From an uncultured delta proteobacterium (lineage in GTDB: Bacteria; Desulfobacterota; Desulfobacteria; Desulfobacterales; QNYZ01), in contig CAWJQU010000001.1 in NCBI GenBank assembly GCA_963845145.1, positions 1 to 64,000 on the forward strand: 64,000 nt of DNA, written 5' to 3'. Shown piece after piece: positions 1-10,456 of this stretch (within the stretch, counting starts at the first letter, position 1; each line of letters begins with the position of its first letter). The notes under the pieces were generated by a model that worked only from the letters and a program-made list of their open reading frames with translations, had not been told where the DNA came from and ran no database searches. Made by a program: the position numbers and the translations under genes.

Positions 1-778
1 CTCAGATTGGGTCTGGTTTACATCTTGAATCAAACCCCGAACACTATGACTAAGCGCCTTGACCTCGTCACCTGATGCAGGATGATCTTTTTTTATTGAC
101 TTCAGCAGTCAGGTGACGAACCGGTCCGAGGATCTGGTACCTTAGAACAAACACCATAAGTACTGCCAGTAAAAATGCGGCGCTAATGGCCGATACCGAG
201 ATGGTCCTGATAGTGGCGGCTTTTTTCTTTAGGTCTGTTTTTGCCTGCAGTATTCTTTCTGCATGTATATCCTTATATTTTTGGCAAAGCCCCAGAACTG
301 TGAAAAAGAGATCACGAACCTGCTTGTGAAGTGCGATTCCGGTGTCACGCTTTCCCTCCTGATAGTGCGCGATGACCCGGTCTTTGATGGTACTATAATG
401 GGTATATTTGACTTTGATCTGGTGAAGGACCTGCTTCTCATATGAACTGTCAGCTGAATTCAAAGCCTCGTCCAACCGTTCCCAAAAGACCTGGCGAAGC
501 TCGCCCAATTGTTCCAGCCATTCGGGGTCGCCTTCTATGAAATAATAGGATACAAAGCCTTTCTGGTTGGTTAGAGCGATCTCCATTGCTTCTGCAGTCT
601 GAAAAGCCGTCAGGTTTTTTTCCGCAACGGAGGCTAACAGATAATCCACTTGATTCATATACCAAACGGTTACCAATCCGCCAGCCATGGTGATAAATAC
701 CAGGCAAGCCAAAATCAGATAAACCCGAACGCGCAAGCTGATTCTTTGCGATATTTTCAACCGTTTCAGTCCCCCCAA
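1..778 (-). CDS. Membrane sensor histidine kinase, N-terminal part (TM - four-helix sensor - TM - HAMP); frameshift at an A7 run near 88-94; runs off the left edge
   Basis: ORF 68..778 has two TM segments around a helical periplasmic domain. The shifted frame continues DHPASGDEVKALSHSVRGLIQDVNQTQSE (HAMP-like) to position 1. Confidence 0.75.
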
Positions 779-811
779 AAGCCTTTGGATACCGCCAAAA
801 ATCCATGGGAT

Positions 812-1252
812 TCAGATATTCCCGCTTTTTCTCAATAGAAGTCTGGCTTCGGCTTGTCTAACCCGTTATTCATGTTCATCTTTTCTTCGGCGGGCCGCTT
901 CAAGTTTGACGGTTAGTTCTTCAAAACGAGCTGGTTTCATCAAATAATCAAATGCCCCCAGTTTCAAACCCTGTACCGCACTCTGCGTGGTGCCGTGACC
1001 GGTCAGCATGATCACTTCCACCAAGAGAAAATTCGATTTGATTTCTTTAAGCGTGGCGATGCCATCCATCCCTGGCATCAGAATATCCAATATCACCACG
1101 TCGATTTCTTTTGTTTTTAACAGGTCCAAGCATTCCATGCAACTATGTGCCACGGTAACGACTTCACCTGCATCTTTAAGCCTTAAAGCAGGCATTTCCA
1201 CGAAATCTTTTTCATCATCAACCAATAAAACCCGAGTCGGTATTTTAATCAT
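812..1252 (-). CDS. Stand-alone response regulator receiver protein with an in-frame TAA at 866-868 near the C-terminus
   Basis: MIKIPTRVLLVDDEKDF...VILDILMPGMDG...MLTGHG...DYLMKP. The frame continues RVRQAEARLLLRKSGNI* after the TAA. Confidence 0.8.
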
Positions 1253-1324
1253 GTTAATCGTTCCCCTCCCCACTCGTTGGTGCTTTACTTTGTTTGCATC
1301 AACTGGTTGTTTTGCAATCCGGCA

Positions 1325-1700
1325 TGTCGATTCCAAGAGCAACGCTTTGCCGACAAAACCGGATAGGGGTGGCAAGCCGATGGCGGCAATGGCAGTTACG
1401 AGAAACGCCCCGCCCAAAAATGTTGGTGGATTACCGGTCTGCGTGTGACAAACTGATCCCGTGCGGATCCCCGCTGTGTTCCGATGAGGTCAGCGATCAG
1501 AAACAATGCAGCGGTAACAACGGTCGAATGCAGCAGATAATAAAAACCGATGGACAATGAATACCCACCGCCAATCACGAAGGCAAGCAGCAACGTCCCA
1601 ACAGATACAATCACAATTTTCGCCGCGATCAACCTCAAAGAAGTTGCTGCATAGACACCGAGGTTTCCGATGGCGATGGTAGCGATCGCCAATGGCCAAA
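1325..1700 (-). pseudogene. Internal fragment of monovalent cation/H+ antiporter subunit D (MrpD/PhaD), frameshifted
   Basis: YYLLHSTVVTAALFLIADLIGTQRG continues in another frame as GGAFLVTAIAAIGLPPLSGFVGKALLL, typical MrpD/PhaD motifs. No N- or C-terminus. Confidence 0.75.
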
Positions 1701-1713
1701 TATAGGTTGTGGG

Positions 1714-3753
1714 CTAGAACCCGAGGATTCTCCAGTAGCCGTAGAACGTCCAGAGCCACAGGACAAGGAACATCAGCCCGGTGATGATCAAGCCATGCTT
1801 TAAGAAGTCCCCCAGCGATACGAGTTGCTCGCCCGTCTCACTGTCCCGGGCAAACGAATAGGCGATGGCGTTAGCCGGTGTCCCGATGATGAGGCAATTG
1901 GCGAACGAGGATGAAAACGCGCAAGAGAGGCCGACCATCCAGGTTGGCGTATCGGACAGCGTCGCCATGGGGACCACGAGCGGCCCCACAGCAGACACCG
2001 TGGCACCGTCGCTCATGATATTTGTCAGGACCCCCGTGAAGAAGCTGACTGCGATGGCCAGGCCCTCGCCGCTTTGCATGAACTCCGGCAGGGCGCTCAC
2101 AAAGCTGTTGGCCAGCCAGACAGCTGCTCCTGTGTCAGCAAGCCCTGTGCCCATGGCGCACGCGCCGGCATAGAGGGCCACGACATCCCAGTTGATGGAG
2201 TTGATCTCCCGCCAGCCGATGATCCGGAAAACTCCCAGCGCCACGAGACCGAAAAGCACGGGACCGCCCATGCCGAGAGTCGTGCTGGCCGTGATCCAGA
2301 GGATGATCACGGAGACCAGGATGCCCGCGGTGATGTACTCCTGCCTTGTCATCCCCCCGATCTTCTTGGAATCCTCAAGCACCATGCTAGCGATGTTCAC
2401 CCGCTCCCCCAGGATTGTCTTGCGGAAGCGCAGGAAGAAGTAGGCGGCGATCACGAGAGTCATGACCGGGACGAAGGGCAGCCCGTACATGACCCACTCA
2501 CCGAAGCTCGGAGCCTGACCGTAGTCCTGGAGGATGCCCACCATCAGGGCGTTTCGCCCGCCGGCCGAGGGCGATCCTGGGCCTCCCGCATTGGCCGCGA
2601 AGCAAGTGGCCAAGATGAGGACGATCGCCAGGGACTTGTCTTTACCGGCCTTCTTTCCCGGGTGCGTCCTGTTGTAGACCGCGACAAGGATCGGGATCAC
2701 GAAGACGATCATGGCGTTGGCGGAGATAAAGGACGCGGTCACCGCCATGAGGGGTAAGAACAGGAATAGGAACAGGGTCACGGACTTGCTGGTGCCCAGC
2801 AGCAGGATCCCAATCCTGCGATCCAGCCCTGTCTTTGCGATCCCCTTGGCCAGAGCGATAACCCCCATAATGAATATTACCGCGTCCTTGGCGTAAGCGT
2901 CCGCCACAACCTCAGGCTTGAACACCCCGAAGAAGTACATTATCATCCCGATGGCCAGGGCCATTATCCCGATGGGAAACGCGCCTGTCCCCCAGACCAG
3001 CGCGGCCACGATCAACACGCCGACCATGATGCAGGCCGACCTGGCCGCCTCATCGGGGGTCTTCTCGATGCCCGACTTCCGGCTATGGTAGGCGGCGATG
3101 GTCTCGCCCACCTCCATCTTGGAGTAGCCCGAATACCCGGCGGCGCCGTCGACCGATCTATCCCCGGTCTTGACGTAGCTCAGGATCCTCTTCATCTCCT
3201 CTGGCGGCTCGACCACAAACGCCCCGAAGAGGATCAATGCGGCCAGTATGAGGATACCCGGTCGGAAGTTCTGGACGCCCCACAGCTTGCCCCAGATGGA
3301 CGGCGCCTCGATGGGGAACATCTCCGCCCTGGCCAGGGCGTAACGGCATTCCGTGAAGGCATCTTTGATCGCTTCGATGGTGGCCTCCAGTTCGCACGGC
3401 TTCTCCAGGTAGGAGCAGGCGCCCAGCTTGCCGGCCTCCTTGGCCGAATCGATGGACCCTTGCCCGGTGAGGATAATGACCTGCACCTCCTCGTCGATCC
3501 CCTTGATTTCCCTAAGCACAACCTCCCCGCTCATCCCGGGCATGGACAGGTCAAGCATTACCACATCTGGGCGGTTAAGGCGTACCGCCCGGATGGCTTC
3601 CTCGCCGTTGGCTGCCTCGGAGACATCAAACTCCCTCCGGGATAGTCGCTTTGCGAGGGTGCTCCTGAAGTGGTCCTCATCATCGACCAAAAGCACTTTA
3701 ATGGGGCGCGTTGGCTCCGTTTCTTTGATTATCGCGACATTCTTTCCGCCCAT
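1714..3753 (-). CDS. SLC13/DASS-family permease with fused N-terminal response-regulator receiver domain
   Basis: N-terminus VLLVDDE...VMLDLSMPG...ILTGQG...YLEKP, followed by a polytopic domain with ANAGGPGSPSAGGRN and IIGTPANAIAY DASS motifs. AGGAGG RBS upstream of ATG 3753. Confidence 0.88.
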   Translation of the reverse strand: MGGKNVAIIKETEPTRPIKVLLVDDEDHFRSTLAKRLSRREFDVSEAANGEEAIRAVRLNRPDVVMLDLSMPGMSGEVVLREIKGIDEEVQVIILTGQGSIDSAKEAGKLGACSYLEKPCELEATIEAIKDAFTECRYALARAEMFPIEAPSIWGKLWGVQNFRPGILILAALILFGAFVVEPPEEMKRILSYVKTGDRSVDGAAGYSGYSKMEVGETIAAYHSRKSGIEKTPDEAARSACIMVGVLIVAALVWGTGAFPIGIMALAIGMIMYFFGVFKPEVVADAYAKDAVIFIMGVIALAKGIAKTGLDRRIGILLLGTSKSVTLFLFLFLPLMAVTASFISANAMIVFVIPILVAVYNRTHPGKKAGKDKSLAIVLILATCFAANAGGPGSPSAGGRNALMVGILQDYGQAPSFGEWVMYGLPFVPVMTLVIAAYFFLRFRKTILGERVNIASMVLEDSKKIGGMTRQEYITAGILVSVIILWITASTTLGMGGPVLFGLVALGVFRIIGWREINSINWDVVALYAGACAMGTGLADTGAAVWLANSFVSALPEFMQSGEGLAIAVSFFTGVLTNIMSDGATVSAVGPLVVPMATLSDTPTWMVGLSCAFSSSFANCLIIGTPANAIAYSFARDSETGEQLVSLGDFLKHGLIITGLMFLVLWLWTFYGYWRILGF

Positions 3754-3948
3754 CTGATTTATCCTCCTAATTGATGTTAGTTCTGGTTTTGAAGTAGGCA
3801 CTTCGTGCCGTCGGCCCGGATGTTCACCTGGGTCAACCATGCCCAGGTGGTGAGTAAGGCCAGGATCAACGTTGTCATGATGGAGGCAGCAAGGGTAGCT
3901 AGCGTCCTTGGCAGGGTTCGACTCATCACTCGCGGTTGCCCACTGAGA

Positions 3949-4437
3949 CTAACCACCACTGTTCTCCAAATTCCTCAACTTACGCAGGATGCCGAGGGCT
4001 GACATGCGCGTTGCCGAGCTCATCAGCTGCTCCAAGGACCTTGCAGACATTTTCAGTTTGCGTTGGACTCTCTTCTGGTAAGCGTCCTTCAACACCTCTA
4101 TCAGCTCGCTTGTCTCCGCAGGCTTCTGCAGGAAGCTGCACGACCCTGCCTGGATGCACGATACCGCGGATTCCACAGAGCCATGCCCGGTGAGGATAAT
4201 CACCTCGATGAAGGGGTGCTTCCGTTTAAGGATCTCCAGGACCTCCTCCCCGGACATCCCGGGCATCTTGAGGTCAATCAGGGCCAGATCAAACTCCTGT
4301 TTGTCAGCGAGGTCAACGGCCTCCTGGCCGGAGGTCACCGCCGTAACGTCGAAATCCCGCACGGTGAGGCGCTTGGAGATGACTTCGAGGAAGCGGACCT
4401 CGTCGTCGACGACCAGCAGCTTGATTTTACCACTCAT
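3949..4437 (-). CDS. Response regulator receiver protein (paralogue of 9184..9681)
   Basis: LLVVDDE, ALIDLKMPG, ILTGHG and FLQKP motifs; C-terminal LGILRKLR tail shared with the 9184 gene. Confidence 0.9.
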   Translation of the reverse strand: MSGKIKLLVVDDEVRFLEVISKRLTVRDFDVTAVTSGQEAVDLADKQEFDLALIDLKMPGMSGEEVLEILKRKHPFIEVIILTGHGSVESAVSCIQAGSCSFLQKPAETSELIEVLKDAYQKRVQRKLKMSARSLEQLMSSATRMSALGILRKLRNLENSGG

Positions 4438-4467
4438 TTCATCCTCCTTTTTTGCATACTTCCCATC

Positions 4468-4626
4468 TTACCCTATATTTCTCGTTTTCAGAACCATGAT
4501 TGTGATGGTCGTCCCGACACCTTTTTCGTTGTTGACCTCGATACACCCGCCAAGAGACTTGATGTGGCTGCAATTGATGAAGAGAATCAGGCCGGTCCCC
4601 TTGCCTACACTCGTGGTGATGACAAG
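4468..4626 (-). pseudogene. C-terminal HATPase_c remnant of a histidine kinase
   Basis: A frame not in the ORF list reads ITTSVGKGTGLILFINCSHIKSLGGCIEVNNEKGVGTTITI, a degenerate G2 box and final strands. Confidence 0.65.
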
Positions 4627-4667
4627 CCGGCAGCTGCCGGCTCTTCTCTGCTAGGTGCACGTCCAGA

Positions 4668-6674
4668 TCATTTTTTTCGTGGCACTGCTGGGTCGAAATC
4701 TCTGTTCTTGTCTGGCTGGACGACGTGGTCCCTGTCGACGGAGAAGTACAGCTTTACCTTCTCCAGGCCGTCAACCGACCCGGCCACGGTGATGTAATCC
4801 CCGAGCTCGATGCGGGTGTACCCCCTGCAGAGGACGACCTCGCCGCGACGCCGGAGCGACAGGACATGGACGCCCGGGGGCAGCCTCAGGTCACGGATGA
4901 CCATCCCGTCCAGGTCCGGATCCTGGAGCTCCACGCCGATGACGTCCAGGCCTTCATCTTCGCCCATCACGAGAGCAGCGGCGTCAGGGGAAGTGACGAA
5001 GTTCTCCATCAGCTCCACCACGACGGTGCTCGGGTCAATGATGTGCGCCCCGAGCTCGTGGAACCTGTCGTAGTTGGCCTGCTCGTTGAGGTGAACGACC
5101 ACGTCGTTGGTGCCGAACTTTTCACGGGCCAGCTGGGCCACTGCGTAGTTCTCCTCGTCCGAGAGCATTAGGACGACGGCCTCCACCTTCTCGAGCTGTA
5201 GCGGCTTGAGATCTTCTAGCGAGATGCCGGTGATGGGCAGGATGTGGACGCCGTCGGTCTCCACCGAGAGCTCGTCACGGGCCTCGGCCCGCCGGGAGGC
5301 GACCGTGACCTCCCAGCCATCTAACTGCAGCTGCTTGGCGAGCATGATCGACTGGTCTTGCAGGCCGAAGATCACGGCGTCATGGTCGCCGTCGAAGCTG
5401 CGTTCCTCCGCCGGCTTGTGGGACTCACCCACCATGGCGATGACCCATTTGAACAGGGGCGGCCCGACGATCTGGTTGAGCACGATCACCGAGGTCATGA
5501 TGGTGGCGAAGGGGAGCCCGGCCTGGGGGAACATATCGGCCGCCGCCTTGGCCAGCCCCAGCCCGACGCCGGCCTGGGTGACGAACGCCATCCAGTTGAC
5601 CCGGTTGTAGCGCCAGGGGTCCCCGGCCAGCATTCCGCCGCCTGATGAGCCGATGAAGATGCCCAGGAGCCGCACGAAGAATAGGATGACGGCTATGACC
5701 CAGGTAGTGGCCAGGACCTTGAGGTCCAGGCAGGCGCCAGTGAGGGTGAAGAACACGATGAAGATGGTCGGGCCCACGTCGTGCAGCAGCCTGCTGAACT
5801 CGGCGCGGCACCTGGTGAAGTTGGCCACGATGAAGCCGGCGATCATGCAGACCAGCAGGGGCTCCAGGTGAACGTCGAAGCCAAATTTCAGGTGACCGTG
5901 GGAGCGGAGCCAGGAAGACAGCAGGAAGACGCCGAAGCCGGAGAGCAGGATCAGGGTGGTCTTGATAGCCGGCTGCCACCGGCTCCTCAAGATCCCCTGG
6001 AGAACCTTGCCCAGGATGCCGCCCAATAGCACGGACGCTCCCAGGTTGGCCAGGAGCGCCAAGACGAAGCCGAAGCTCATGCCCGCACCCGAAAAGAGCG
6101 CCCCGGCTACCGAGGCGCAGATGGAGAAGACCGTGATGACCACCACGTCCATGACGATGGTCACGCTGAGGGCTGTCTGGGTGAAGCGGCCCTTGGCGCG
6201 CATCTCGGCAATGACGGCGATGGCCGACGAAGGGGAGCGCGCTACGAGGATAGTCCCGGCCAGGATGGCCACGGCAATGCGGCCCGCCGTGCCCAGCTCC
6301 TTCATGAAGGGGATGTATGGCGACAACAAGAACACCGCGATGCTGCCCAGGGTGAAGGTGGCCACCACCAGGCCGAAGGTGATCCAGGTGATGCTCCTTA
6401 GTCTGTTGCGTAGCTCTTTGAGGCGCAGCTCGTTGCCGGCGGCGAAGGCGATGTAAACCAGGCAGAGCTGGTCGAGCCACAGCATTTTCTGGGGGGTGTT
6501 GTCGGGGAGTATGCCCAGAACGAAGGGACCCACGATCACTCCGCAGGCCAAAAAGCCGGTGATCAGGGGCAGCCCGATTCTCTTGAAGAAGGTCCCGATC
6601 TTTTCGGCGGCGAGGGCCACGATGCCGAAGCTCACGAGGAGGATGATGTCGTTGTTGTCGATGCTCATGACCAA
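4668..6674 (-). CDS. Cation:proton antiporter (CPA2-like) with C-terminal TrkA-N/TrkA-C (RCK) domains
   Basis: About 12 TM segments with FAAGNEL, ARSPSSAIAVI and TQAGVGLGLA motifs, followed by a soluble RCK-like C-terminus. Confidence 0.85.
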   Translation of the reverse strand: MVMSIDNNDIILLVSFGIVALAAEKIGTFFKRIGLPLITGFLACGVIVGPFVLGILPDNTPQKMLWLDQLCLVYIAFAAGNELRLKELRNRLRSITWITFGLVVATFTLGSIAVFLLSPYIPFMKELGTAGRIAVAILAGTILVARSPSSAIAVIAEMRAKGRFTQTALSVTIVMDVVVITVFSICASVAGALFSGAGMSFGFVLALLANLGASVLLGGILGKVLQGILRSRWQPAIKTTLILLSGFGVFLLSSWLRSHGHLKFGFDVHLEPLLVCMIAGFIVANFTRCRAEFSRLLHDVGPTIFIVFFTLTGACLDLKVLATTWVIAVILFFVRLLGIFIGSSGGGMLAGDPWRYNRVNWMAFVTQAGVGLGLAKAAADMFPQAGLPFATIMTSVIVLNQIVGPPLFKWVIAMVGESHKPAEERSFDGDHDAVIFGLQDQSIMLAKQLQLDGWEVTVASRRAEARDELSVETDGVHILPITGISLEDLKPLQLEKVEAVVLMLSDEENYAVAQLAREKFGTNDVVVHLNEQANYDRFHELGAHIIDPSTVVVELMENFVTSPDAAALVMGEDEGLDVIGVELQDPDLDGMVIRDLRLPPGVHVLSLRRRGEVVLCRGYTRIELGDYITVAGSVDGLEKVKLYFSVDRDHVVQPDKNRDFDPAVPRKK

Positions 6675-6733
6675 AAAGTTTAACCGTTTTGAGTTGATAT
6701 TATGCGCCGATGCTCTATGGATGTAATGAGATA

Positions 6734-7138
6734 TTATTGATTGTCTTGCGCATCAAATTGTTTGCGGTGCGTATAGGCACTTTCGATTTTCTTGAGCAGC
6801 TCTTCCATTTCACAGGGTTTGGAGAGGTAATCAAAGGCCCCTTGTTTGATTCCCTGTTCTGCGGCCTCTGCCGAACCGTGCCCTGTTAGCATGATTACGG
6901 CCAGGCGGTTGTCTATGATTTTCATTATTTTCAGCACTTCGATTCCATCCATGTCCTCCATCTTTAAATCCAGAACCACCACTTCAAAATCCCGTTTACG
7001 TAATGTCTGAATGGCTTCAGAACCACTATACGCTTTAACCACATCGATATTTCGCCGTTTCAGCCGCTTGGACAGAATATTGGCAAACTGTTTTTCGTCG
7101 TCAACCAGGAGAACTTGAATTGTTTTGGTTTTTTCCAT
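6734..7138 (-). CDS. Stand-alone response regulator receiver protein
   Basis: VLLVDDE, VVLDLKM, MLTGHG and DYLSKP motifs. Confidence 0.9.
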   Translation of the reverse strand: MEKTKTIQVLLVDDEKQFANILSKRLKRRNIDVVKAYSGSEAIQTLRKRDFEVVVLDLKMEDMDGIEVLKIMKIIDNRLAVIMLTGHGSAEAAEQGIKQGAFDYLSKPCEMEELLKKIESAYTHRKQFDAQDNQ

Positions 7139-7212
7139 ACCTCAGAAATTGTTCCTTGTTCACCGTGCAGGTTCTTTTAGATATCCGTGTCGGTTCGTTT
7201 TTGATTGCGTTT

Positions 7213-8922
7213 TTATCGCCGGCCTGCTTTCAGGGGGATGGAGATAGTAAAAGTGGTGCCTTGGCCCACCACACTCTCCACACTGAGTTTACCCCCCATT
7301 TTCTCAATGATACCATAACAGATAGAAAGCCCAAGCCCGGTACCTTTGCCCACTGGCTTTGTGGTGAAAAAAGGATCGAAGATGCGGTCTATGTTAGCTT
7401 TGGGGATCCCTCCGCCAGTATCAGCGACTTTGATAGTGACCGAATCATTTTCTTCATGGCAAGATATGTTCAATTCCCCGCCCTGTTTTTCCATGGCATC
7501 TAAGGCATTGTTGATCAGATTAAAAAAGACTTGCTGCAACTCCGTTGCCGATACTTTTAGCGTAGGTAGATTGTCCCCAAAATCTGTCTGAATCCTTACC
7601 ATGGCATATTTGGCTCGCTGGGCAGAGAGCTTGACCAACTCTTCGAGAAGCTGCCGTATGCCCACATCCTCAATGGTAGCGTCGGTTTGCCGGGCGAAAC
7701 TAAGCAGTTTGTGAGTGATATCCTTGCATCGTTTTCCCTGGGTCTGAATCTGTTTTATGGCCCTTTCGAACTCAGCCCGGTCTTGACCTTTTTCGAGCGC
7801 CATGTCCTCCAGCAAATCACCCATCCAACCTGCTTCTTCCACCATGATGGCAACTGGATTATTTATTTCATGGGCAATGCCGGCTGCCAGTTCACCCACC
7901 GAGGCCAACTTGCCGGCCTCTACGACTTTTTTGCTCATCATCTGCGTTTCTTGTTCTGATATGAAAACCCGCCGAACAACGGTTCTGGACAAAAGCACGG
8001 CCATGGAAATGATGATAAGGACACCTACAATCATTAGAACGGTGGTTATCAGGAAAGTCTTGTTCAAGTCTGAAAAAGCATCGACTGCCCGCTGCTGGTA
8101 TACAAACAACCAGTCTCCATTTTTTAAAAAGGACGCGGCATATATATGTTCATGGTCTGAATCATCCTGCAGCAGGGCGATACGAACTTTATCAGCAACT
8201 TGCTCTTGTTTGTCGACTATTTCTGAGTAAATCTTTTCGCTATCGATGGTAGCGTTGTCCGGCAGAGCTGTGGGTTTTGTTTGCATCACCCCTTGCTGGT
8301 TAATGATGTAAGCAAACCCGGTCTGACCGATACGGATGTTTTCGACCAGGGTTGTAAATTCCACAAAATCAATGGTTGCCCGTAGAATCCAATAATCGCC
8401 CAAAGCATTGGTTTTTCGGACAGTAATAATGAAGTGTGGAAGACCCCTGATCCCTAAAAAGACGTCGCTGACATAGTAGTCACTTTGGATGGCGCGTCGA
8501 AACCATTCTGCCTTGGAATAATCGGCTTTTTCCAAAAGAAAAGGTCCGGCATAAGCCAGTTGTTCCCCTTTGGCGTTAACAATCCCTAAATCAACGAAAT
8601 CCCGATCAAAATCTTTCTGGAGTGCCATCAAACGATCGCGCAGAAAATTTTCGTTGTGAAGATTATCCCAGCCGCAAATATCGGTTAGAAATCGAATATC
8701 GGCAAGTTTCTCGTTAAGAAAGCTGTCGACATTCTGGGTGTGGCTGTGTACCAACTCCCGTAGGTGTTCATAGACTTTTTCGTGATAGGAAACACGAAAC
8801 TGATAGTATATGGTACTGCTAATAATTGCCAGCGGGATTAGAGAAATGACGATGATTATTAGGATGATGTTTCGGTTCAAGGACCGAAGGTAATTAGCCG
8901 ATTTGGTATGTTCTTCAGACAT
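7213..8922 (-). CDS. Cache-domain sensor histidine kinase (NtrB-like transmitter)
   Basis: H-box LAAGIAHEINNP, N-box QVFFNLINNALDA, and DTGGGI and TKPVGKGTGLGL boxes. Start chosen at MSEEHTK. Confidence 0.92.
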   Translation of the reverse strand: MSEEHTKSANYLRSLNRNIILIIIVISLIPLAIISSTIYYQFRVSYHEKVYEHLRELVHSHTQNVDSFLNEKLADIRFLTDICGWDNLHNENFLRDRLMALQKDFDRDFVDLGIVNAKGEQLAYAGPFLLEKADYSKAEWFRRAIQSDYYVSDVFLGIRGLPHFIITVRKTNALGDYWILRATIDFVEFTTLVENIRIGQTGFAYIINQQGVMQTKPTALPDNATIDSEKIYSEIVDKQEQVADKVRIALLQDDSDHEHIYAASFLKNGDWLFVYQQRAVDAFSDLNKTFLITTVLMIVGVLIIISMAVLLSRTVVRRVFISEQETQMMSKKVVEAGKLASVGELAAGIAHEINNPVAIMVEEAGWMGDLLEDMALEKGQDRAEFERAIKQIQTQGKRCKDITHKLLSFARQTDATIEDVGIRQLLEELVKLSAQRAKYAMVRIQTDFGDNLPTLKVSATELQQVFFNLINNALDAMEKQGGELNISCHEENDSVTIKVADTGGGIPKANIDRIFDPFFTTKPVGKGTGLGLSICYGIIEKMGGKLSVESVVGQGTTFTISIPLKAGRR

Positions 8923-9183
8923 ATTTGCACGCAACTGTAGTTTTCGATTTCCGATATGAACATCGCACAGCAAGTCGGCCGTGGGCGTTATCCTCTTATC
9001 CAGTCACCGAACGGTTATGGACAGTAACATCGATTTAGATGGATTTAAATGATGGTCAATAACTTAGTGCGAAGCGTGGGAGCACTATCCGCATGCCTTC
9101 ATGGGAACCTGATCAGCCGTATCCTGACTGTATACCAGCACAACGAATTCGATTCCTCTCCCATCGGGTAGCATAAGTTTGAT

Positions 9184-9681
9184 TTATTTTCGATCATCAT
9201 CCAATGTCTTCAGAGACCTGAGAATTCCCAAAGGACTGGATCCCATGCTCAGCATTTGGAGTTCTTCCATACGGTTTTTATCGTGCTCGAATTTTTTCTT
9301 GAGCCTTGCTTCGAAAGCGTTTTTGATGGTTTCGAGTAGCTGATCAAATTCATACGGCTTCTCCAGATAGGCGTATGCTCCAAGCTTTGTCGCTTCGATC
9401 GCTGAATCGATACCACCATATCCAGTCAATATTAGTATTTCTATAAATTTGTGCTTCTTCTTAAGGATGCCAAGTAGTTCCATCCCATCCATTCCCGGCA
9501 TTTTCATATCTAAAATGGCAACATCAAATTTTTCCTTTTTGGCCAGACTGATAGCCTGTTTCCCTTCCGTGGCCGTACGAATGTCAAAATCTCTTTTCCC
9601 GAGTCTTCTAGCGAGGGAATCCAAAAAATCTTTTTCATCATCAACGAGCATAAGTTTTATTTTTTTCTTTTCATCTGCCAT
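9184..9681 (-). CDS. Response regulator receiver protein
   Basis: LMLVDDE, AILDMKMPG, ILTGYG and YLEKP motifs. Probable start MADEKK with GAGG RBS. Confidence 0.9.
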   Translation of the reverse strand: MADEKKKIKLMLVDDEKDFLDSLARRLGKRDFDIRTATEGKQAISLAKKEKFDVAILDMKMPGMDGMELLGILKKKHKFIEILILTGYGGIDSAIEATKLGAYAYLEKPYEFDQLLETIKNAFEARLKKKFEHDKNRMEELQMLSMGSSPLGILRSLKTLDDDRK

Positions 9682-9794
9682 GATATTAACCTCTTTGAAT
9701 AATGATTTTTTCAAATTCAATACAATTCAACATTTAAGATTCCTAAACCCCTTTTCTCACTTTTCGAATTTATTTTTTGTTGACCTTATGCAAG

Positions 9795-9811
9795 AGCAAA
9801 GCCTGTGCCAA
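9795..9811 (-). promoter_or_regulatory. sigma54 (-24/-12) promoter of the RR/HK operon
   Basis: Minus strand reads TTGGCACAGGCTTTGCT, a near-consensus TGGCAC-N5-TTGC. Confidence 0.8.
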
Positions 9812-9906
9812 AAATCATGACGATATAAAAATGCCCAATATTATAAGATAAAGTTAACCTAAAGAGTTGGGGAAGGATAATATTTGTAAATTCTCACCCC
9901 TGTTGG

Positions 9907-9938
9907 TGTCAGGTTTTTTTACAGTTTGGAAAAGTTTA
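9907..9938. promoter_or_regulatory. Putative enhancer-binding-protein site, copy 1
   Basis: tgtcaggtttttttacagtttggaaaagttta; 28/32 identical to 11080-11111; about 95 bp upstream of a sigma54 promoter. Confidence 0.65.
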
Positions 9939-10141
9939 AGAGATTAAAAATTTCAGAATGTGGCCTAACAAGCGAGAGTCCGACTGTCCCCTGACGGATT
10001 CGACTACAATTGGCCAGATATTTTAAAAATTCGATTCTCTCGACGAAGCAATATTATTAGGTGGTTGACACAAGTTATTCATTCTATAAAATATCGAGAA
10101 TAATCTACAAATAGCGTGAATGATTCATTTAAAGGAAAAAA

Positions 10142-10456
10142 TTGGAACCTCCTGTAATTACAATGCAAATAGCTATGCTTTTAGGGGTTGTCCTGGTCAC
10201 CATCTTTCTATTTATTTCCGAGTGGCTTCGAGTCGATGTTGTCGCGATCCTGGTTATGTTGCTCCTACCGATCATGGGCTTGGTAGATGGTCGCGAAACA
10301 TTCCAGGGGCTATCTAGCACCGCAGCAGTTTCAATAATCGCGGTTATCATCATAGGGCGTGGATTGGATCAAACTGGCGTCATTTCTCGAAGTGTCAGGC
10401 CTCTACTCAAGATTGCCGGCGCCAGTCGACGGCGCATGATTGTTTTGATGTCGGGA
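10142..10456 (+). pseudogene. N-terminal fragment of an SLC13/TrkA-domain permease, truncated
   Basis: LFISEWLRVDVVAILVM...FQGLSSTAAVSIIAVIIIGRGLDQTG; similarity ends at about LMSG. Confidence 0.7.

Noticed and set aside
5425..6480. 351-aa alternative-frame ORF and other long overlapping ORFs in 1.8-6.5 kb
   Set aside because: Shadow ORFs caused by high GC, overlapping well-supported transporter genes.
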